Of a DNA stretch of 10,607 bases, positions 1 to 6,060 are shown one piece after another. Both the position numbers and the translations under genes were made by a program. Source of the DNA: a bacterium (GTDB lineage Bacteria; Hinthialibacterota; Hinthialibacteria; Hinthialibacterales; Hinthialibacteraceae); assembly GCA_041946805.1 (NCBI GenBank), contig JBHGBC010000191.1:1-10607 (forward strand), given 5' to 3'. The notes beneath the pieces are model-generated. The model was given only the letters and a program-made list of their open reading frames with translations, was not told the DNA's origin and made no database searches. Positions within the stretch are counted from its first letter, which is position 1. Each line of letters opens with the position of its first letter.

Positions 1-9
1 TTTATCCCT

Positions 10-56
10 CCCAGGGCTTACGCCCTGGGCTATACTCATGCCGCGCCGTTGGCGCT
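10..56. repeat. REP-like double-hairpin element (CCCAGGGC-TTAC-GCCCTGGG followed by GCGCC-GTT-GGCGC)
   Basis: Perfect 8-bp stem at 10-17/22-29 and 5-bp stem at 43-47/51-55. The layout resembles a widespread intergenic REP type as I recall it. It may be cut by the window edge. Confidence 0.7.
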
Positions 57-157
57 CAAACAGATATACCGCAAACCGTTACTGGATACCGGTTTCAATG
101 CGGCTTTCTATCCAATCCAATCCGCCGGTGCGCTTCCTATCTCCCCGCTCCTTTTTT

Positions 158-166
158 TGATATGCT
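158..166 (+). promoter_or_regulatory. Possible extended -10 element (TGaTATGCT) for the GGT gene
   Basis: TGn plus TATGCT about 40 nt upstream of ATG 207. No convincing -35. Confidence 0.3.
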
Positions 167-206
167 GATTCATCGCCATGCCAGGCTCGCGGGAGGATGA
201 GGAATC

Positions 207-1994
207 ATGAAACGCCGGAAGTTTCTCCAGGCCGGAATCGGTCTGAGTATGCTATCGCCAACGAATTGGAAAACAGGGATCGCCATGAGCAAGGAAGCAT
301 CACCACGTTCCACCCCGGATCAACCGAAGATCACCGGAGCGCCGGCGGTCATCGACCAGCAGCGGCTGCGAGGCCGCAACCGGAACCGTTCCACCGTGGC
401 GTGCCGCCACGGCGTGTGCTGCGCCAGCCAGCCGGTGGCCGCATCCGCGGGCGTGGAAATTCTGAAGGCGGGGGGCAACGCCATCGACGCCGCCATCGCC
501 GTCAACGCCATGCTCAGCCTGGTCGAACCGATGTCGTGCGGGCCGGGCGGCGACCTGTTCGCCATCGCCTGGATCGCGAAGGAACAAAAACTCGTGGGGC
601 TCAACGCCAGCGGCCGCTCGCCCTTCGAGTGGAACCGCGAGAAGGCCAAGGAGCACGGGTATACCACCGCCTTGCCCGAACTGGGGCCGCACACGTGGTC
701 GGTGCCCGGCTGCGTCAGCGGCTGGAAGGCGCTCAGCGAACGCTACGGGAAAAAGCCGCTGGCCGATTGCCTCGCCCCCGCGGCGGCCAGCGCGCGGGAA
801 GGCTTCGTGGTGACGGAGATCATCGGCGGCGATTTTTCGGGCGCGGCGCGGGATTTCAAGGACTTCCCCCACGCCGCCGCCACGTACCTGTTGGACGGCC
901 AGGCGCCGCGGTATGGCCAGGTGTTCCGCAATCCGGACCTGGCGGATTTTTTCGAGATCCTCACGCGGGACGGCGCGGACGCGTTTTACCGGGGCGAGAT
1001 CGCCGAGCGTATCGTGAACCATTCCAAGGAACGCGGCGGCTATTTCACCCGGCGCGATTTCGAGAAGCACACGGCGGATTGGGTGGAGCCGGTTTCAACC
1101 ACGTACCGGGGCTATGAAGTATGGGAGATCCCGCCCAACGGCCAGGGGATCTCCGCGCTGCAGATGCTGAACATGCTGGAGACGTTCGGCATCGGCTCCC
1201 TGAAACCCAATTCGGCCGAACATCTGCATTTGTTCATCGAAGCCAAAAAACTGGCGTTCGAGGACCGGGGCGTCTATTACGCGGACATGAATGCCGCCGA
1301 GGTGCCGCTGCAATGGTTGATCTCGAAGGAATACGGCCGCGAGCGCGCCAAGCTCATCGATCCGCAAAAGGCCTCCACGAATGTCCAGCCGGGAGCGTGG
1401 GATGGTTCGAAGGATACGATTTATCTCTGCACGGCGGACGCGGATGGCAACATGGTCTCGCTGATACAAAGTATTTATTGGGGATGGGGCTCGCGCGAAG
1501 TGCCGGCCGGTTTGGGATTCTGTTTGCAAAACCGGGGGCGGTCGTTCAACCTCGATCCCCAGCACCGCAACACGCTTGAACCGCACAAGCGCCCGTTCCA
1601 TACCATCATCCCCGGATTCCTGACGCGTGATGGAAAACCGCAATGCGCGTTCGGGGTGATGGGCGGCGACATGCAGCCCCAGGGGCACGTGCAGGTCTTG
1701 ATGAACATGATCGACTTCCACCTCTCGATCCAGCAGGCGGGCGAACAGCCGCGCGTCCAGCACGCCGGCAGCACCAATCCCTGGGGCGGGACGATGAAGG
1801 GCGGCGGGAGCGTCGGCCTGGAAGCGGGCATCGATGACAACGTGGCGGAACAACTGGAGGCGATGGGGCACACGATCAACGAACGGGATACTGGCATGTA
1901 CGGCGGCTACCAGGCCATCTGGCGGGAGGAGGAACCCATGCGCTACTTCGCCGGATCCGATCCCCGCAAGGACGGCGCGGCGGTGGGGTATTGA
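207..1994 (+). CDS. ggt: Gamma-glutamyltransferase family protein (Ntn-hydrolase; YwrD/acylase-like subgroup) with twin-arginine signal peptide
   Basis: 595 aa. GGT motifs: ILKAGGNAIDAAIA, EPMSCGPGGDLF, SVPG, PPNGQG, EAKKLAFEDR. Autocleavage site D-T404 (DTIYLCTADADGNMVSLIQS, Thr codon 1416-1418), plus LQNRG, KRPFHTIIP and GVMGGDMQPQGH. N-terminal MKRRKFLQ Tat motif; GAGGA RBS upstream. Confidence 0.95.
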   Translation: MKRRKFLQAGIGLSMLSPTNWKTGIAMSKEASPRSTPDQPKITGAPAVIDQQRLRGRNRNRSTVACRHGVCCASQPVAASAGVEILKAGGNAIDAAIAVNAMLSLVEPMSCGPGGDLFAIAWIAKEQKLVGLNASGRSPFEWNREKAKEHGYTTALPELGPHTWSVPGCVSGWKALSERYGKKPLADCLAPAAASAREGFVVTEIIGGDFSGAARDFKDFPHAAATYLLDGQAPRYGQVFRNPDLADFFEILTRDGADAFYRGEIAERIVNHSKERGGYFTRRDFEKHTADWVEPVSTTYRGYEVWEIPPNGQGISALQMLNMLETFGIGSLKPNSAEHLHLFIEAKKLAFEDRGVYYADMNAAEVPLQWLISKEYGRERAKLIDPQKASTNVQPGAWDGSKDTIYLCTADADGNMVSLIQSIYWGWGSREVPAGLGFCLQNRGRSFNLDPQHRNTLEPHKRPFHTIIPGFLTRDGKPQCAFGVMGGDMQPQGHVQVLMNMIDFHLSIQQAGEQPRVQHAGSTNPWGGTMKGGGSVGLEAGIDDNVAEQLEAMGHTINERDTGMYGGYQAIWREEEPMRYFAGSDPRKDGAAVGY

Positions 1995-2050
1995 ATTGCT
2001 CATTGGGAGAAAAAGCGCCAATACGAGGATGAATAGCTAAGTGGAAATCT

Positions 2051-2086
2051 TTCCCTCACCCCATCCTTCTCCCAGAGGGAGAGGGA
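2051..2086 (-). repeat. REP-like palindrome, CCCTCTCCC-N3-GGGAGAGGG family, copy 1 (reverse orientation)
   Basis: TTCCCTCACCCCATCCTTCTCCCAGAGGGAGAGGGA. Its reverse complement closely matches the copies at 2211, 2479 and 10152. Confidence 0.85.
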
Positions 2087-2127
2087 GTTGAATATTGATC
2101 CCGATGGTTGTTCAAGTAAGGTTTTTA

Positions 2128-2336
2128 GGCTCATCCGGCAAGTGCGTCCTTTTAACAAAGGGCCGGCTCGCGGATCTTTAAAATGACCGATGAAAACCAC
2201 CTCCAAAATCCCCTCTCCCTCTGGGAGAGGGCCAGGGTGAGGGAATATTGGCAGGAACGGACCTGGGTGTCTGTCTTCCTCCCGGGGTGAAAGAAATCAA
2301 TTGGGCTTCAAACGGTACGCACTTATCGGATGAACC
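2128..2336. mobile_element. Putative non-autonomous MITE, 209 bp, with 20-bp TIRs and 8-bp target-site duplication
   Basis: Left TIR 2128-2147 GGCTCATCCGGCAAGTGCGT versus the reverse complement of 2317-2336, GGTTCATCCGATAAGTGCGT (17/20 identical). It is flanked immediately by GGTTTTTA at 2120-2127 and 2337-2344. No internal coding capacity. Confidence 0.8.
2211..2276 (+). repeat. Composite REP inside the MITE: CCCTCTCCC-family copy 2 plus degenerate GTAG-type REP
   Basis: CCCTCTCCC-TCT-GGGAGAGGG-CCAGGGTGAGGGAA (2211-2245), then GCAGGAACGGACCTGGGTGTCTGTCT (2251-2276), a decayed form of GTAGGGGCGGA..GTGTCCGCCC. Confidence 0.8.
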
Positions 2337-2478
2337 GGTTTTTACATGTTTTTATTTCAGAAGGGATGACGGTATCCTTACTTCCATTCAAAGGCAGGAG
2401 TAAGAGCAGTCGTGCGGCCACATAGCTTGGCATATCATCCTGATATTACCGATGACCAATGCCTCTCGTTATACATTC

Positions 2479-2543
2479 CCCTCTCCCTTTGGGAGAGGGC
2501 CAGGGTGAGGGAATTTTGTAGGGGCGGATCTCAGTGTCCGCCC
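2479..2543 (+). repeat. Composite REP: CCCTCTCCC-family copy 3 plus intact GTAG-type REP
   Basis: CCCTCTCCC-TTT-GGGAGAGGG-CCAGGGTGAGGGAA (2479-2513), then GTAG-GGGCGGA-TCTCAGTG-TCCGCCC (2518-2543). Confidence 0.85.
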
Positions 2544-2613
2544 GGATTGCGGGAGTGGATTGGATGCCATTTGCCGTATGGACCCAAATAGAGATCAATA
2601 GGAGGATTTTCAA

Positions 2614-3699
2614 ATGAAATCAATTCTCAAACACATACTTCGAGTAATAGGTCTGTCATTGATGAGTGCATCCGTGTATTCCGCCGATACGGATTCCCTG
2701 CCTATCCGGGGGCTGCACTGCGGTGTTCCCGGGCCGGACGATGTGGCGTTGTGCGCCCAGTTTATCCGCGAAGCGCTGCCCAAGGAGGGTGTCAACGTTC
2801 TGGTGTTGGAGATTAACTACAAGTATCAGTTCAAGAGCCATCCCGAATTGGCTCAAGAGGGCGCGTTAAGCCGCGCGGATGTGGAGGAACTCGTTTCCGC
2901 CTGCAAGGCCGCGGGAGTCCAACTGATCCCACAATTCAACTGCCTGGGCCATCAATCCTGGAGCAAACGCACTTTCCCCCTGCTCACCAAATACCCCGAT
3001 TTCGATGAAACGCCAGGCAAATATCCTGAAAACAAGGATATCTACTGCCGCAGCTATTGCCCCCTGCATCCCGAGGTGCACAAGGTGGTTTTCGCCCTCA
3101 TCGATGAACTGGCCGAGGTGTTCCAAGCCGGCGCGTTCCATGTGGGCATGGACGAGGTGTTCATCCTCGGTGATGAAGATTGCCCCCGCTGTCAGGGCAA
3201 AAGCAAGGCGGAACTGTTCGCCGGCGAAGTGACCGCCCTGCACGATCATTTAGCCCAGTCCAACCGGACGATGTGGATGTGGAGCGACCGGTTCATCAAC
3301 GGGGAGTCAACCGGCATCGGCGAATGGGAAGCAAGCGAAAACGGCACGGAAGCGGCCATCCTCCAGGTCCCGAAGGATATCGTCATGTGCGATTGGCATT
3401 ACGAGATGGCGCACGCCACCGCGCCCTATTTCGCCATCCACGGCTTCCCCGTAGTCTCTTGTCCCTGGCGCAAGGCGAACGTGGCGTTGGGATTGCTGGA
3501 GATCACCCAGAAGGTTCGTCACTATGCCAATGAACCGGTCAAGCAGCGCATGCAGGGCGTGTTGCAAACCACCTGGTGCGGGATGTCATCCTTCGTGCGG
3601 GCATACAACGGCGACGAAAACGGGCGGAGCGAATCGGCCCGGGAATCGGCGGAGTGTTTCAAGAAGTTATTCGCCGCGATCCGGAGCGAGGGGAAATAA
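2614..3699 (+). CDS. Family 20 glycoside hydrolase (beta-N-acetylhexosaminidase-like), catalytic domain only, secreted
   Basis: 361 aa with signal peptide (MKSILKHILRVIGLSLMSASVYSA). Motifs: IRGLH, ELVSACKAAGVQLIPQFNCLGH, CPLHPEV, catalytic FHVGMDE (D180-E181, 3151-3156), MWSD, DWHY, LQTTW. AGGAGG RBS at 2600-2605. Confidence 0.92.
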   Translation: MKSILKHILRVIGLSLMSASVYSADTDSLPIRGLHCGVPGPDDVALCAQFIREALPKEGVNVLVLEINYKYQFKSHPELAQEGALSRADVEELVSACKAAGVQLIPQFNCLGHQSWSKRTFPLLTKYPDFDETPGKYPENKDIYCRSYCPLHPEVHKVVFALIDELAEVFQAGAFHVGMDEVFILGDEDCPRCQGKSKAELFAGEVTALHDHLAQSNRTMWMWSDRFINGESTGIGEWEASENGTEAAILQVPKDIVMCDWHYEMAHATAPYFAIHGFPVVSCPWRKANVALGLLEITQKVRHYANEPVKQRMQGVLQTTWCGMSSFVRAYNGDENGRSESARESAECFKKLFAAIRSEGK

Positions 3700-3726
3700 G
3701 GGATGCGGCCGGGGAAGAATCTCTCA

Positions 3727-3797
3727 AGGGGCGGACACCTGGGTCCGCCCCTCCTCCCTCACTCCCTCACCCCTGCCCTCTCCCCGAGGGAGAGGGA
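3727..3797 (-). repeat. Composite REP in reverse orientation between convergent genes: GGAG/GTAG-type hairpin plus CCCTCTCCC-family copy 4
   Basis: AGGGGCGGAC-ACCTGG-GTCCGCCCCT (3727-3752, perfect 10-bp stem) and CCCTCACCCCTG-CCCTCTCCC-CGA-GGGAGAGGG (3764-3796). Confidence 0.85.
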
Positions 3798-3834
3798 GGA
3801 GTGAAGGAAGGTGATCGTTGGCGGATGTCGCCGG

Positions 3835-3856
3835 GCTCTCCCCTGCCGGGGAGTGC
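3835..3856. other. GC-rich hairpin just past the stop codon of the beta-helix gene
   Basis: GCTCTCCCC-TGCC-GGGGAGTGC, one mismatch. No U-tract on either strand, so not a classical intrinsic terminator. Confidence 0.35.
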
Positions 3857-3858
3857 GG

Positions 3859-5127
3859 TTATTTCGCGAAAACATTGCCCAGCACTTGCACCTGATCCGG
3901 TTTACCGCGGGGAGCCGATACTTTCCCCGCGCCGCTCAATTTGTTGCCCATCACCACGGCGGTCTGGATCGCCTCGCCGATGAGAATATCCGGCGATTTC
4001 TTCTTTTGATCGAAAAATTCACATCCCTGCACAATCAGCGAGCCGTTCAGGGCCTTGATGTACGGCTCGTCCTTGGGCTGATCCCATTGCGTGAAATGGC
4101 AGTTCAGGAGAGAGAGTGTGCCCTGCCCTTCCTGAATAATCTGCGATCCCGTGCCCGAGCCGCCCCAAAAGCCGCAATTGGTCAGCTTCACCGGGCCTTC
4201 GTTGGTGGAGCGGATTTCCAAACCCGACATAAACTGGCAATTCTCGAACGCGATCCCCGCGTGTTTCTGCACTTTTTCCACGATCACCCCGCAAGGCGAG
4301 ATGTCCGGGCCGCATTGCGTCAGCACGGCGTTGGGCAAGCCGTTGCCCCGGTCCGTGAAACGGAAACCCACCTGGGCCCAGATGACGAAGCAGTTGGACA
4401 TGTACTCCCAGTCGGTTCGGCCGATGAGGAAGCCTTCCAGGTGATTCAGGGTGTACTGCTCGAGTTGTTTAACCTGATCGGCCGTCAGCCGGTACGGCTC
4501 GCTCACGCGCCACCAGTACACGTTATGGACATGGACGTTTTCCACGCGTCCGATATCCGTGGTCTGATCGATGAGGACTCCCCGCCGCAGGGCGCAGATA
4601 TGCACGTTGCGGAGATGATGCCCTTCGTTGTGATAGGTTCCGCAGTCGATGCCGTTGTACGCGTTGACGATAGTCATATCCATCACGTTGTAATGCTGGC
4701 CGCGCCCCTGGATGGTCCAGGGATAGGGCTGAATATCCGCCACGGTTTGTTCAGGGTAGAAAATCGTCAGTCCCTGGACTGTGCTGGAGGTCCGCAGCGA
4801 AAGAAACGGCGTGCCGTCCTCGATGCCCCGCCCGGCGTATGCCAGCAGTACCGTGCCCTTGTCCAGGTGCGACGTATGCGGCCCGGGCCATTCGCCTTGC
4901 AACGTCACGCCTTCCGGAATCGACAAGGTCCCCATGATTCGGTATTGCCCCGCGGCCAGACGGACGGTTTCACCCCTCACGGCGGCTTGATCCAATACCG
5001 CCTGGATCGCCGCCGTGCTATCGGAATCCCGCGGTTGCACGCCGAAATCGGCGGCATGCAACTCGCACCAGGAGGGTATGCTGAAGACGCAGAGCAGGAG
5101 AAAGGCGCTCACAACCGGATTACGCAT
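3859..5127 (-). CDS. Secreted right-handed parallel beta-helix protein (pectate lyase 3 superfamily / GH28-related)
   Basis: Likely start is ATG 5127 (GAGG RBS at 5135-5138 on the - strand), giving 422 aa with signal peptide MRNPVVSAFLLLCVFSIPSWC. N-terminal cap AADFGVQP..DSTAAIQAVLD...VRLAAGQY...IPEGVTLQG. Beta-helix ladders IVNAYNGID, NVHI, ENCQF, TNCGF, LNCHF, QGCEF. Confidence 0.85.
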   Translation of the reverse strand: MRNPVVSAFLLLCVFSIPSWCELHAADFGVQPRDSDSTAAIQAVLDQAAVRGETVRLAAGQYRIMGTLSIPEGVTLQGEWPGPHTSHLDKGTVLLAYAGRGIEDGTPFLSLRTSSTVQGLTIFYPEQTVADIQPYPWTIQGRGQHYNVMDMTIVNAYNGIDCGTYHNEGHHLRNVHICALRRGVLIDQTTDIGRVENVHVHNVYWWRVSEPYRLTADQVKQLEQYTLNHLEGFLIGRTDWEYMSNCFVIWAQVGFRFTDRGNGLPNAVLTQCGPDISPCGVIVEKVQKHAGIAFENCQFMSGLEIRSTNEGPVKLTNCGFWGGSGTGSQIIQEGQGTLSLLNCHFTQWDQPKDEPYIKALNGSLIVQGCEFFDQKKKSPDILIGEAIQTAVVMGNKLSGAGKVSAPRGKPDQVQVLGNVFAK

Positions 5128-6060
5128 CGGAAAACCTCGCCTCAAAGGATGGAGGAGTCAATCCATTATTAATGGTTGTCCCTCCATGTTAAACTAACAT
5201 TCCCCTCGTGGGCCGTAAAGTGAGTGAACGATCCTCTATTCCTTTCCTTCCCTCCATCCAGGGCGTTTTCATGGTAGAGGCCGCCGGAAATCGCCATTCA
5301 GCCCATGCACGTCAGAACCCGCTCATTTCCATTCGCTATTTTGTTGGATTCCCATTTTCTCGGGTTGGACACCGTAAAAAAAACTCATGCCGTTCAATCC
5401 TTGCCATATCCACCGGCCGCATGGGAAGACATCGCCGAAACTGGCGGATTGCGTGAATCACTGTCCCTCTCCTCTTGTGCTGACCTATGCCAAACGAAGA
5501 ACCAATGGCGGTATGGGATGGATAAAATATATTCATGATAATTCATTGTAAAAATTAAAATAGACAAAATCCATTAGGATCGATCCAATCGCCGGACACA
5601 CACTACCCTGACCTGGAAAGGAATATAGAATTGAGGAATAAGCAGTTGGAACCTCAACCGAGAGGGCCGTTCAGTGGATTATTATTGTAAATAATGAAAT
5701 CGACAGCCAGGGGAACAGGATAAAAAAAAACCGCCGCTTGAATCAAAAAGCCGCTGATGATTGTCTACCCATGAAGAATTGTATCTGCACCCAGCCCACC
5801 AAGAGAAACAGAGCGGCATCTCGGGAGGTGAAGCGGCGCGATGGCCTTCCGTTTCGCGCATCGAGGGATTGATTCCGGCGAAGGCCCGGCTGAGAACCAA
5901 CTTTGTATATCCACCCGCCATCCGGCGCCGCCCCGCCTCCCATACCGACTGTCATGGCTGTTTTTTCAACTTGAGGGAACATGGAGATCCGGCCGTTCCC
6001 ATCGTTCGTCCGCCGGCCGGTTGTATGCCGTACTGCAAGGTTTTGAAAAGGATTGAACGA

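Noticed and set aside
197..2206. Overlapping alternative ORFs (197-1117, 300-1070, 1095-2021, 2000-2206 and others)
   Set aside because: Shadow frames of a GC-rich gene or translations of REP sequence (SLSLWEKDGVRE). No recognisable motifs.
2051..2245. Copies 1 and 2 as a single REPIN
   Set aside because: The pair straddles the left MITE boundary (2128), so the inverted arrangement is more simply explained by the insertion.
2051..2543. CRISPR array made of ~35-bp palindromic repeats
   Set aside because: Mixed orientations, irregular long spacing, further copies scattered across the window, and no cas genes. These are REP-like repeats.
3576..5172. ORFs 3576-3983 and 3811-5172 on the + strand
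   Set aside because: Antisense shadow of the beta-helix gene and REP-derived peptide (PHPCPLPEGEG).
5722..5760. Minus-strand terminator or hammerhead core (CTGATGA at 5754-5760)
   Set aside because: The stem before the T9 tract has internal mismatches, and no stem II plus GAAA follows CTGATGA.
5888..5900. TPP riboswitch (GCTGAGA)
   Set aside because: The downstream ACCTGAT..GNTAAT..GCGNAGG half is absent.
5761..6060. First 100 codons of the 1351-aa ORF
   Set aside because: TTG start with no RBS and non-protein-like composition. A signal-like segment appears only after ATG 6061.
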